Of a stretch of 64,000 nt of DNA, positions 42,535-56,016 are shown one piece after another; the first letter of the stretch is position 1, and the number at the start of each line of letters is the position of its first letter. The notes under the pieces were generated by a model. The model was not told the DNA's origin, did not search any database, and was given only the letters and a program-made list of their open reading frames with translations. The translations under genes and the position numbers were made by a program. This stretch comes from Paramecium tetraurelia (taxonomy: Eukaryota), in assembly GCA_000165425.1 (NCBI GenBank), contig CT868678.1, forward strand, positions 186,001 to 250,000. The letters run 5' to 3'.

Positions 42535-43949
42535 TCACTTATAAACTCTTTCTGGGTTGTATTCCCAAATTGTGAGTTATGGTATATTGAATCTACAATA
42601 GGTTTATAGATTTCTTTTCCATCCTTAACTAAATGGTGATCCATTCTTTCTTTGCAATTCTTACAAATAGGAGATCTTATTCCAACTATAAAATTCCCCT
42701 ATTTTAAATAGCAAATAATACAAGTGGTTAGGTTTTGAAATGAAAGAAATGTTTGAAAGCAGAGCAATCTCGTTACTAGGAAACCGAAAAAAATGGTATT
42801 TGTAAGAAAGTAAATTGAAAAAAATTTTAAGAGAGGGTTGTAATGATCAAATTCTAGATTTTGCAATGTCTAAAAACTAGTTTATTGAAATTTAATACGC
42901 TAATAAAGGCATAGTAGATTTCTTGAATCTAAAATACTAGGGAACCAATAATAGACACATCTATTTCTTTCTCCAATGCAATTGCCAGCCCAAGGACAAT
43001 GATGGTCATAACAAGCTACACATTTGTTGCATGACTGACAATGTTTGGCTCTTGCTAATTGATCAATTGAACAAATAGGACAATATCTAATGTATTCAAG
43101 AAAGTTAAACCTTTTCTCTATGAAAACCTTATTCACTGCTCTAGTTGATTGAGTGATTTTGTTTCTCTCTGACATTCCTGGAGAGTACTATTCACTTATG
43201 TATTCATTCTAAACAGAATGCACTTAAATCGAGAGTTGTGGTTCAATTTTGTTGTTCTTTCTTTTCTCTTCACTCATACCCTTTTGTTGAGTTTTTTTGC
43301 CTTCTGATTTCTATACATCTGCTTCTTTTTATTCATCATTATTAGTGTTAGGAACAATATTTTCATGTTCATTTTGACTTGTGATCGAAAATGCTTATGT
43401 GGATGGTTATTTGGAGTCGAAATCTTGAAATGCTTTTTAGCCTTTGATAGGAGATGGATACTTGTCTGGAGTCTTGGTGAAGGATGGAATTTAATTAATA
43501 TCGAATTCTGGTAATTGATTAACATCGATTGAGGCTTCACAGGGTAATTCTCTATAAATATTAAAAATAGCTACTATTCATTTTCAGATTTTTACTCTTG
43601 GACTACGTTTTATTATTCAATTATGGGGTAGGTTCGAGCATTGGAAGGGATGGCTTAAAATTAAAACATTTTGCGTTTTTATGTTATTTAATTTGAACAT
43701 TCAGTATTGCTAGGACTCCTAATGATAAGATAGCCAGGCTATTTCTTAAATGGTTTGTTACATCTTCGAAGGAAGTCTTAGCATAAAATCCTATTGACAA
43801 TATCACGACAATTGCAAAGTAATAAAAGGAAACAGTTGAAAAATCAAACAATGAAGGATTGAGGATCCCATAAATCGTTAAAGTACTTCCTTAAAGAATT
43901 AAATAAATGAGAGGGGCTATCTAAATAAGTTGGTGATACCTATCTTCAT
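42535..43949 (-). CDS. DHHC palmitoyltransferase; apparent +1 indel at 42940-42942
   Basis: YCPIC..RAKHCQSCNKCVACYDHHCPWAGNCIGERN, then NLTT.E and PFS.G..NL motifs. Confidence 0.9.
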
Positions 43950-44031
43950 GATTGTTAGTGTTTTTAATTTATTAATTTTGGAATCTCCGTATTAATATGA
44001 GGTTTTGAAAATATTATATATATATATCATA

Positions 44032-47000
44032 TCAATCATCTTCGTCATTTCCACATAATGCAACTACATGACAGCGATTTGGAGATTCTTTTTTTTACAC
44101 CACTTCCTCTATAGTTTATTAAGCAGCAAATTGCATAAAGATCTGTTCCAAATTAGGTTGACTAATCTGAAAATCTTTAATCAATTGCAATTCCTTTTAC
44201 AGTTTCTCTTAAAAGAAATGAAATGTCTAATGGAATTAGAATCCAGCCAATGGGAACTTACAAATAATTTTGCCAGAATGCATATCATCAACAATATAAA
44301 TATTGCCGAAATGCTTCGTAATCTCCTAAATGATGTTTGGTCTATTATTCTAATAATCCTTAGTAATCAATTAGAGCATGGTTGCATCTTTATCCTAAAA
44401 ATGATACTACACATAAAATTACTAGATTATTTATTGGCTCAATCACAACTCGATATCCATCTCCAAATTTGGATCTCAAATGCTGCACCGATCCTAGACA
44501 AGCAAATCTACCATTCACTTAGATTGCAATCTTATTACAAAGACTTTCAGCTTCATCCATGGTGTGAGTAGTTAGAATAACCGAACTCTACCTTAATTTG
44601 ACTCCTTATTGTATTGCATTCCATAAAAATCTTCTTGCAATTGGATCAACTCCTGAGGAAGGTTCATCAAAAAATTACATATTGGTTCCGCCCATCAAAG
44701 CCAAAGCAACACATAATTTTCTTTTATTCCCTCCACTCAATTATGAAGCCAATGTATTTTCATAGGCTGTCAATTGCATCACTTTCATAAAGTATTCTAT
44801 TGTTTGATTCACATCTTCTCCTCTTAAGCCTTTTAAGATAGGCCCAAGATTTGTAAGTGTCTTCTAACGTTTACTATATCATATAGACTATCAAATTAAG
44901 GACAGATTCCAACATTCTGATACACATCTCCCAACCCTTTTTTAACTTCCTAATGTTCTAATAGAATAGTTCCTGTGGATGGCTTCAATTTTGAAGTAAT
45001 CATGTTAAAAGTAGTTGACTTACCAGCCCCATTTGGACCCAATAACCCAAAGATCTGTCCAGGTTCTACTCCGAATGAAGTTCCCTTTACTGCCTAGAAT
45101 CCATTGGCATATGTCTTTGATATTTTCCTGGGCGATTACTCTGTCTTAACAACTCTGAACTTCAACTCTTTTTTCCTCTTAAATTACATCATCATCCTAA
45201 TTCAGGCTTAAGACTCCTCCAGATTGTGCACCTAAGAGTTCTCTATTGTCAATTAAATAAGTTATGTAGAAATAGAGACATGCTTAAAAGAGCATGATGA
45301 TCATAAAGACAAATGGATAAACATTTTCAAATATATCTCCATCGGTTACATTATTATCTTTAGCAATCTAATTATATACAGCCATGAATCCACTAAAAGT
45401 AGCTAATGAAGGGCACAAAAATGATAAAATCCAAAGAACACCCTCAACTTTTATGCTCACTATATAAATTACTGAAGCAATCATAAAGAACCCAAATAAT
45501 TGAATGAATACTAAGGATCTAACTGCTGATAAGAATGAAGTAAATAGCCAAGACAATATATAACTAAGTGGTAAGTATGCTAAGTAACAACAAAATATAA
45601 GTCCATAAACATTTCCATTATTAATTGCTTCAACACCAAAAATGTTTACTGTTATGATAAATACAATCAGTAAAATAATGCAAACTGTGATATCATAAAT
45701 ATAATATCCTAGCCAATATGGTAATGTTCTGCATCCCATCACATTTAAAGCATATTTCTACTTTTTTTCTCTTTCTTCAACAGGAGCACTTCCTATTTAA
45801 GAACTAGCCATGGATGCACCTATCAATATGTAGACATACGCGTCAATTAAGGCAATCTCTCCAAAAACTAAATTCTTATTGACATCGTCATCCAATGTTG
45901 GTTCTATTGCGTTGTATGTAATTTTTGTAACTATAGGAGCTACAATTGCAAAAAAGGATGGCATAAACACACACATCGTATATCTTTTGGCTGTCATAGT
46001 ATAATGTTTTTTTGAGTAAACAGGCCCAAAGTTGCAATCCAAAATTGTATTCAGGTGGTCTACTCAAACATTCAGGAGGTATGATTTTGTTGAATTCATC
46101 TGTTATGTCAATGTTAATTTTTGAATCTTCATTTGTAACTTGTTTCCCTGATGCTTTATCAAGGAAGGATTCTTCATCCATTCCGATAGATTGATAAATG
46201 CTTCTTCCAAAGTATTCATCATCAGATTAACTTAAATGCAAGGATCTCTTTCGAGTTATTCAAATAATGGCAAGAACTTATCCTTCTATTTGAAAGGCAC
46301 TTGAAATATCATACTATCTGAAGAAGTTTAACTATTCAATTTTGCTTGAGGAATGAATTGTTGAACCACATTAACAATTTTCTTGCTTTTTTCACTCCAC
46401 ATTTATGGGTTGTTTGTTTTATCATACAAACTCAAATGATATCCAATTCCAAAGTTCATCTTTATAAATTCGACAGATCCTACTGTTAGCAACCTACCCT
46501 TGGCCATGATGGCTAATCTCTCTGACAAGACTTCAGCTTCATCTAAATGATGAGTTGTCAGCACCAGACATCTACCTTCGTTTTTTACTTGTATTAAGAT
46601 TTCCCAAATCTTCTATCTTGATATTGGATCCATTCCTGATGTTGGTTCATCAAGAAATACAACCTTGGATTGTCCAATCAACGAAATGGCCAAACTTAAT
46701 TTTCTTCTCGTCCCTCCTGACAATTACTTAACTAATTTGGTTCTATCGTTTAAGAGATCGCATTTATTAATAATCTAATCTATTTCCATTTGAAGTTCCT
46801 TCTCATCTATTCCCTTTATTTTCCCATAATATTATAAATGCTAATCACAACTTAAACTATCATATAGAGCATCTTTTTAAGGACAAAATCCCAAATAATT
46901 TCTAATAACATCGAAATCATTGTCAGTCCCATAATATGTAATGGCTCCACTATCTCTTTTTATTAGACCTGTCAATATTGAAATGAGAGTGGTCTTTCCA

Positions 47001-48219
47001 GCTCCATTATGACCTAATAAACAGAGAATCTAAGAATCATATATTTAGAGTGTAACACCATTGACAGCCATAAGCTCATTAAAGCTTTTCTTCACATTTT
47101 TTATTGATATAGCTCTCTTGAATCATAAATACTAATAATTACCTTGGACTTATTTTAGGATTATCAAAAACTTCATGATAGATAGCTGAACTATTGTCTT
47201 CTTATATTTCAGATTACCTTGTACCAATAATAGGTTTATTCATATTGGTTAGTTCGTATTGATTTGAAACATCCTCCCCTTAAATTTGGTATTTTTTTCC
47301 AATAAAGAACAAGGGATGTTTATTTGTTCCATATTCATTGGGCAGAACTTACTCCAAATATAAATACAAAATTCCATAAAACAATATTTCAGCTCCTTAT
47401 AATCCAAAATACAGAGCAACTCCTAAAGGGGGTTTAATTCCTTTATTAATTGTTCCTAATACTTAATTGTAAGGATAAGTATCAAACAAAAATGATGGAA
47501 AAATAATCCCGAAAAGAATTACTATCCAAGAATGCCTAGAGTTTTAATATGCAAATTACTTTTAAAAATAGGGGATGCTGAGTAATGCTGAACAAAGAGA
47601 TCCAAAAATGTTGAGTAACATTGATACATCAGCTCCATTTTTTGGTTGATCAAACAATGTTGTTAAGAAATATTGCTAAGCTGTCAATCCTATTGCATAC
47701 AACAGATAACTTCCAATTTATTGGATAGGATTAAAGAATTGGATCTTTACTTGATAGGAATCAATCTTGTATTCTATTTCTTGGGGTCCAAAACATCCTG
47801 TAGGCACAGCTAAAGCTAGAAAGAATATTGAGACAGCCAATATTCGAGCAAGGTTGAAGAGGAGCCAACCTAACTAATAAGCTGATTGTTTGAGACCCAT
47901 GATCTAAAGATATGTGATGAAGAATGATTACTTTTTAAATCTCTTTTTATCTGTCGCTTTTTTCTGAAATCATTGCTGTGACTATATACCTCGAACTTAT
48001 CAAAAGAGTCATTGGTATAAACTCAGCCCCGATTTACAGCAGTGCAGGACTGGATGTCTCTTCTATTGTAGGGATATGCTGCATATTGTTACTTCCAACG
48101 AGGAGGATGATGAAAACAAGAAGAGCCACGAAGAACTCTTGTCTGAATTATCTTTCTTGGTAATAAATAGAGAAATTCTTGTGGAAAACAACAGTCGTTT
48201 GTTGCCAAATGCTCGTCAT
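44032..48219 (-). CDS. Full-size ABCA-family transporter; several frameshifts in the second half as sequenced
   Basis: NBD1: [36 protein letters not shown]2: [45 protein letters not shown] coupling motifs. Confidence 0.9.
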
Positions 48220-48522
48220 TCCTTTGATGGAATATTATTTTATTTAACAAAAATTTATTCTATAATCTGAATATTTCAGATTTAATTAACAATGCTAATT
48301 CTGTATTCATTATTCCTTATCAATTAATATGCTTGCTCAAAGAGGTCAAAAATAATTTGAGTTTGCACTTACATTGTTGGGAAAAGAATGGAGAAAGAAA
48401 AAGTTGAACAAAAAAGTTATTAAAGAATTGTCGAAATTACCACAAATTTTGGTAAAAATAATTGATTAAATTGATATTAATAAAAATGTTAAACATTTGA
48501 GAAATAAAATGACTTCATATTT

Positions 48523-50035
48523 TCATTCATAAGTGCTTCGAACTAAGAGATTAGTTTTGATTGCAATAGGATTCTCTATAAAACTCGAGCATGTCAAGTA
48601 TTTGACAGGTTACTGTTGAGTATTGGCTGATAATGCTCTAGGATGAGGCTTAATCAATTGGGCATCCTTATATAACTTGAGTTGTGGGCATTTGTTATTT
48701 TGACTTCCCGTTGTTATTAGGACTATTGTTGTGTTTGCTTACATCAATTTATTCTTTTTTAGATTGTTAATCAGACTACTTATATACATTATTTACCTAC
48801 TTTTTAATCTATAAGATAGACTTTCTGATGATGACTTTGTTTTTAATGGGGGACATTTTCGGTTAAACGGTCTGCTTTTGCATACAAGGACACAAACTGT
48901 CAAAAATGGGTTTAAGTTGAATATTGCAGAAATGATAATCTTGATTATTCTACAGTGTAGTGTATTTTTCTTTGATTAAATTGGGGTATTCGGTCTCAAC
49001 ATTTTAGACTCTAGAATAAGAGTGATATTACCTTTTCAATGCGTAGTTGGTATAGTCAAAGACACTCTATTAGATGAGATTGTTTCTTAATCGAATCTTA
49101 TCACAGAGAGCATCATAGTTAGTTTTAAACTCTTCATAATTTTGAGATTGTCTCTTGACTGTCTGATAATCACATATTTAAATGTTCTGTTCATCCAGAT
49201 CCTCAATGACAGTGGTGATATTGGCAAACATGGAGGCGAATGGAGCTTTTTCGATCTCTTTGAATTTGTTTCTGAGATATAACGTAGGAGTTTCAGTAGT
49301 TGGAGACAAATCGCAAGAACTGTTTTATTTTTAGATAAATTACCTTTGTATTTTTGAAATAGTGATTTGTTTTCGTTTGATTCTATCTACCTTATTGATC
49401 ATGGTTGTGGTAGGAGGCTTTTCAACTAATTTGACTTCTTCGATCTTTTGTGTTGATGAACGAATGCGTTGATTTTCTATTCTAATTTTCTGTGGAGATG
49501 GTTCTTTCTTGACTTGATTACTCAATTCTTCGACGAAATCTCTGTATTGTTTACGAGAGGTTCCTAAAAGTGACTTAATTAGATCAGTCACTAATGAGAT
49601 ATTTCCAACTCTGACTGCTTGCTTAAATTGTACTTTTAATTGAGTATCCTAATTCAGATGCTTCTGGAAGCTTGAATGAAGTGTGTAATAATTTTCCAAA
49701 TATTAATACATATTACATGTAGGTGTATAGGGGATTTCTAAAAATTGATTGCTGATAGCTTTCATCATTTCATTTGTCTTGACATAGATGTGACTAAAAT
49801 TAGAAATCTAAATGTACCACATTTGTTCTTCGTTGTATTGTTTGGTGTTTCGAATCACTCCTATGATCCAATTCTCCTTCTCTGCTCTTATCTTCTCCTC
49901 TTCCTTCAACTTCCTTACCATAGAGTATACAGTCAATCTCTCCTACTGCTAATTGCCCTTGATCTAATAAATAGCCTCCTAAATCTCATTTATTTTGGCT
50001 TTCCTTTGCTATATAGCCCCCAATAGTTCATCCAT
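48523..50035 (-). CDS. Hypothetical protein
   Basis: ATG 50035 (MDELLGAIQQRKAK), small introns; end approximate. Confidence 0.62.
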
Positions 50036-50064
50036 TTTAGAGTAAAATAATTTTTTATTATTAG

Positions 50065-50616
50065 ATGGCATAAAAATTTAAAGAGAGGTTACTGTAAGGT
50101 ATGCCATTCCTTATCACATTTTTAGGTACTGGAGTATCAAACAAGAAATTCGAATCCGATTATGCAATGAAACTGATGCAGAAGATGGGATGGAATCAAG
50201 GTCAAGGACTCGGCAAGAATAAAGATGGTCATACAGACTGCGTATAAATTGAAAGAAGAGCTGATTAGTTGGCAGTACCCTATTCATTCTAAACTATAGC
50301 TTGGAGCCTAACAGTACAGTCTGGGATAAAGTTGGAATGACTTGTGGTGGGAATAGAGCTATTCAAGCAGTCTCAAGAATCTTAAACCCATATCCACTAA
50401 AAATGTAATCACCATTCCTATCAAAATTAGCTTCCATAACAAAACTCCTCAGATGAAGAAGACAAATTCTCAGATTACGAAAAACATAAAATAAATCGTT
50501 CCTAAAAATCCAAACCATATGCATAATCAGCTAAAGTTCTAATTGAATAAGATAGTGATTCAGAAAATGATACCTTCATAGCAATTCAAAAGAAAAAAAT
50601 AAAAAAGACAAAATGA
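50065..50616 (+). CDS. Small G-patch protein (GPATCH4/Tma23-like)
   Basis: SDYAMKLMQKMGWNQGQGLGKNKDG...LGA...WNDLWWEQSY, with a Lys-rich end. Confidence 0.85.
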
Positions 50617-50957
50617 TCATAATTAGATCACCATTCAAAAACCTATAACTTATTTACAATTTAACTATTCTAACTCCTCTCCTTCATGTTTTCTTAAGAT
50701 TCTACTATAATACATAAAATATGTATGCCATTTATTTTTGTATGATACTTATAGTTATAAAAGCTTTCCTTAATTTTCCTTTGACTATCTTACTGCTACT
50801 ATGAGATTGGTCTTTCTTTTTACTTAATTCATCTCTTAATCCTCTTAACAATTATATTAATATTTATAAATTTAATTCTATCATAATAATATTAAAGAAT
50901 TTGAGAGAATACAAAGTCAAGTTTAAGTAAAATTTATATTTATTATACTTTAATATC

Positions 50958-51362
50958 TCAAAGTACATTATTATTCTATAGTTCTTCTTTCTTTATCTTC
51001 AAAGCTGAATTCACTTTGGCTCTATCAAAATTGTTTATGAAGAACATTGTAAGTATAGAGTCTTCAGAATTGAATTCTCTTCCCATCAAATAGCGAAGAC
51101 GTTTTCTTTCCATTTCAACTTCAAGCTTCAAATGCTTCTTTGAACTACCATCCCAAATTTTCAAGTTTTGACAAAACTTTTTACATTTTTGAGTATTGAT
51201 TGGTGAATTCCGAATTTCAGCTTGATAGTTCGATCCAATTCGAGGATAAATAACATGGCTTTGTTGCTTGGATATTTTCTTCTTGATTTCAACCTATTGT
51301 GATTTGAGATCGCTATCGTTGATTTATTAAGTAGTTTCATCTGTTTTGAAAGGAGTTTGCAT
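50958..51362 (-). CDS. Small ELM2-like domain protein
   Basis: PRIGSNYQAEI...KIWDG matches the ELM2 pattern IRVG.YQA.IP...W. Confidence 0.6.
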
Positions 51363-51409
51363 GCTAGAATATTTAGTTAAAAAAATTATTATGTTAAACT
51401 AATATAAGC

Positions 51410-53459
51410 TCATTATGTTTGTTGTGGCTATGAAGTTTACACTACTTTATAAATGACACACTGTCCAGATCCTTAGGTTAATCCTATCAAGCTGATGCCA
51501 TCATCTTCTCTTACTGCACAAACCTTGACCATCTGAGTTTCCAAATCTATAAACTTCTCCAATTTATAGTCATATATAAACACCTATTTTTTTTGTATTT
51601 GCTATTAAATAGATTAATTCAATATACTTAAGGACGTAAAACAATAACAATAGGCAACTTTGTTAATGAATTCATGTATCTGATTTCTCCTGTCACGTAT
51701 TCATGAATCCTAAAGTAATCACCATTTTTTCTTCTTTGAAATACATTAATCCTATCCTACAATCCTACCAGTAAATTATTTTCCTATGTGTTGATACTGA
51801 TAATGGTACTATTAATATCTGGGATATCTAAATATTTATCGTATTAATGATTCATGTCACAAATTATTAAACGTGACTTGCAACCAACATAAATAAAATC
51901 AGAATTCACATGAAGTACAGTTCCAGGTTAAGTAAGTTGAAATGAATCTATTTATTTAAAAGGATCGACTTGGAAGATTTTTATAATATTTTTATCTTCC
52001 AAAGTTACTATTTGCTTTTTCAATTAATTAATTGAAACAAGTATGCTTTTGTCAGATTAATAGTTAATTTGTGACGAATCATTGATTGGTATAAAGGGCT
52101 ATGAAGGATCTTATGTTCTTCTACGTAATTCAATATTTCCTTTTTTAGTTGCCAAAACGAGAATTCCATTTTAATGATTGAATTCCATATATGCAGCATC
52201 AGTTATCTATTCTCGAAGATTTATTGTATAAGTCTGTTGAAGTGTTTTAAATTCAGATATAATACATTTCGTTCCACAACATGCTGCTATCAATTGGTTA
52301 CTTAAAAACAATAATTTAGTGATCTCTTGTTCAGACGTTTCAAATAAAGTTTTACTTTCCTGAGTAATTTCAAGTGCTGTTTATTATTCTACTTAATTTC
52401 TGTTTTCAGCTGCTTCTAATCATAAATGAAGATTTTACATTGTAATGGCGAATATGATCGTTGAATAGACCTTTGATTAGGAGATAGTGGAATAGTTGAA
52501 AAAAATGAAGGTATTTTATTTGCTGAATTAGTCTCTTGCTATTAAGGTTTAGGTATCTAAGAACTTTATACTTATTTGGAAGATGAAAGATTGAAAGTAG
52601 GATCAGGCGACTTAGTACCTGACTAATTTTGGATATTCCTATTAGTATTTTTGGTATCACTTGTATTTTGTGGTATATCTTAGGCTCTTGGGGGTGTTTT
52701 GAAACGAGAGAATGAAAAGGCTCTGTCTAAAGTAAGTTGTTCTTGATCATTAGGTTTATTCGGAGTAATATAAAAGTAATTCTGTAAATTAACCTAAAAG
52801 TCTTCATTCAGCTTTTTGAATTATTAGATAATAGAACATGTTGAATTTATATATTATTAGGCATATTTGTTCCCATTTTAGATTCTTTCTTCAATCTTTG
52901 TGATTTCTGATCCTTATGCCTTTTTGATTGAGAATTAAAATTTATTAGCATTTTTTCTAAAATCCTCTATTTCTTCGATTAATTCTGCATAATTCTCTTA
53001 GTTCATGTTTTATTCGAATTTAACTAGTTTTTCTTTCTACTGTTTTTACTTGTTCTATTATTGAGAATGATCTTTAATATTATCTTTTACACTAAAATCT
53101 TAATTTATAACTACTTCTTGATAATTTTCTTTTATTCATCAACAATTAACTAAATATTTTAAAGGGTTAATTCCATTTGATTCTCAATTTTTTCATAAAC
53201 TGAAATCAATCTATTTGTTAATATATTATAGCTACTCCTCAATTTAATTATCTTAATCTATACTACCAGAATGAAGTTATTATTTAAACTACATCAAAAA
53301 GGACTTTATAGATGGAGGGTTACAAAATTAATGCTCATTCTCTGAGCAAATGGTGCATACAAGCTGATGTTTATTACATTTTGGATCTATGCAAGCCCTA
53401 TCTAGACGATAATTATCGTGGTCTGCTTTGTCACAGGGATAAAAATTCCAATTACTCAT
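51410..53459 (-). CDS. N-terminal B-box-like Cys/His finger, coiled coil and C-terminal WD40-like propeller
   Basis: MSNWNFYPCDKADH..ACIDPKC..LVCTICSENEH. Introns of 25 and 23 nt restore the frame. Beta-strand repeats such as MEFNHQNGILVLATKKGNIEL. Confidence 0.65.
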
Positions 53460-53535
53460 AATCTGAAATAATAAATTATGAAATCAAACAAAATTTGTAT
53501 ATATAGGTTCAATAAGATGAAATAATGTGCTATAT

Positions 53536-55121
53536 TCAATATACTCCTTTTAAGAATGTTACCACCGGTTCATTTGTTTTTTTACTGCCTAAAACTGAGT
53601 CAGTTCGAGCGACCTTATTCAATGGGCTTTTATTAACGCTGAAATTAATTGGAGAAGTGGACTTTGCAGTAAATGCATTTCCTTTTGTAGATTACAAGTC
53701 ATAGTCTTTCAAAGAGAGTTCATTATTATTCAAAAAGGTCTTAACAATCTGGTTCTCTTTAATAGCCTTACCAGTAGTTGGTTGTGGATTTTAACACCCT
53801 TATTTATGATTGTAGAAATATTAAGGTGGGTTGATTTCTTTGGCGTCAATTCTAGGTTGAGATGCAGCTTTGTAGAGATTGTTAATTCTATTTAAATTAT
53901 CCATTAAGGATGACTTTGGTTGTTCTTCCAGTTCTTTGGGCTTCCTACTATGGATGAACATATCAATATACTTTAAGTTCTATAGTGTCTTGTATTCCTT
54001 AGGAGGTTTCAATTCGAAGGTATTGGGATGATTCTTGTGATACTATTAAACAAATCCTAATCGTTATTATAGACTGGATTCTTATTGTTGCTGCCTTTAC
54101 ATTAGTGAACGTTAAATTAATAAAAATTATATTTCATGAATTTGTTGAAATCCTCTATTTCCTCTAAGTGTTTCCATTATTAATATACGGTTTCTTTTGT
54201 TTCAGGAAATTTGTATCAAGCAATGAGCAATTATTCCTGGCTGAACAAATCATTTTAATTTTTGGTAGAGGATATGTAGGTTTGATTACTTGATACCTTC
54301 CTAAATTAATTAGTGATTTATTTTAGATTAATCCATTCATTTCAGTGAGACTCTAAAAACCTGCGAAGCTCATGAATGGATTTGTTTAATTCACAATATT
54401 ATTTGGATTCATTGTTTGTTCTTTCGCTTACATAGTTGCTTTTTCGTTTATGTAAGTTTGGATAGAAGCGAATGGCTTTTTGGATTTTCGAGAAACATCT
54501 AAGACTACTTTAGATTGTTCAGGTTCTAAGACAAAAGATCTTAGTTTTTGTTTTTTCACTTCTTGAGACTAAGGAACATTGGGTTCATCATTTCCTTATT
54601 ATTGTTATTATAGTATGAGTAACTGCACTTCGCTATCTTTCTAATTCCCTTGGTTGTTAATATTGCGAATCGTGGTTTGATGCTTGAGGAGAATGCTAGA
54701 CATTCTCTTTAATACAGTCCGTTTTCTTTCTTTAGTCCTTTGTAGCTCATTGGTTACAACTTCTTAATGTTTAACGATTGTCTTAGGATACTAATAGTCT
54801 AGATGTAGCTATTATTTCATAGTACATAAGTTTTACCTACTTTTAGGATAGTTGCTCCGAACCACTTTTTCTTCTTTATTATTATTTTTTAGTATTCCTC
54901 ACATTTCTTAATTCAAAACTCTTACATATTCTATTTATTATTGTTTCTTTATCTTTGATTCTTAGATTTATCAGCGTTCTCATTCTTTTTAATGGAGATT
55001 CAGTTTGATTTAATTTATTCAAGCATAGACTTTGTTAAGGTAATAGTGTTTATGAACACAGAAGTTCACTATTTTATGATGTGAGATTACTATTGCTTTC
55101 ATAATTTCTAGAAAGTATCAT
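53536..55121 (-). CDS. Hypothetical protein
   Basis: ATG 55121, small introns, TGA 53536-53538. Confidence 0.62.
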
Positions 55122-56016
55122 TTAATTCTAATTTTAAGAATTAATTGAAGATTACATAATCAAATATTTTTACAAAATAAATTAATTCAATCAACCTGAA
55201 TCCTTCTTTATTAAAATAGATTTACTATAGTTAAAAAAGAGTCCTTCAAAATCCATTAGATCTTTGAGTTAGTGAATACTTTCATGTTATTAAAACAATT
55301 ATATTATACATTATCTATAAATCTTATTAAATATTATTGATGGACATCTTTATTAATTTTTAAACATAATAACTTAATTCCAAATATTATTAATAGAAAC
55401 CAATAATCACTAATAAAACAAACCAAGTAAAATGGCAGATAAAGATTAAAATTTGTGTCAAAATTATATTTTTCCAAATTGCTTCTTTGACTTTATTTTC
55501 TAATATTTTAATCTAGAACCGATTTCTATACAATTATAATGCCAAAAATATATATTCTAATTTTGTCAATATTTATAGTGTAATTAAAGATTAATAAAAT
55601 TTGGTGAATCCTTGCAGCTAAATTTACTCATTATCTTACTAGAGATCATAAAATACAAAATCCCCATAAAATATAGACTTTCATTATGAGATAATTAAAG
55701 TCTTATATTAAAATAATTATAAAGCGATCCTCTATTAAAATTTAATAAGTAAGGAAATAATATATTACTGATTATTATTTATTGATTTGATAAACTGTTA
55801 AGATGAATTACATACCAATAGAGGCCAATAAAATTATATCGTTTTTGGGATTAATCATTTATGGAGGTGTGTAGTGGAATCTAAGATGATTGAGGAAACA
55901 ATAGGTCCTATTGAATAGTGATTATTGCATAGAGTGCCATTATAATTGTAGAAAAACTTTGTTTGCTCAACATTTAATTAATTTATAATTGAATGGTTAG
56001 AAATATATAGAAATCA

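Noticed and set aside
50620..50835. Possible small minus-strand gene between the G-patch and ELM2 genes
   Set aside because: I could not build a consistent exon structure or recognise a product.
53406..53419. 14-bp palindrome ACGATAATTATCGT and a long open frame on the plus strand
   Set aside because: It lies within the minus-strand Cys/His-finger exon. With one stop codon, long antisense frames are common.
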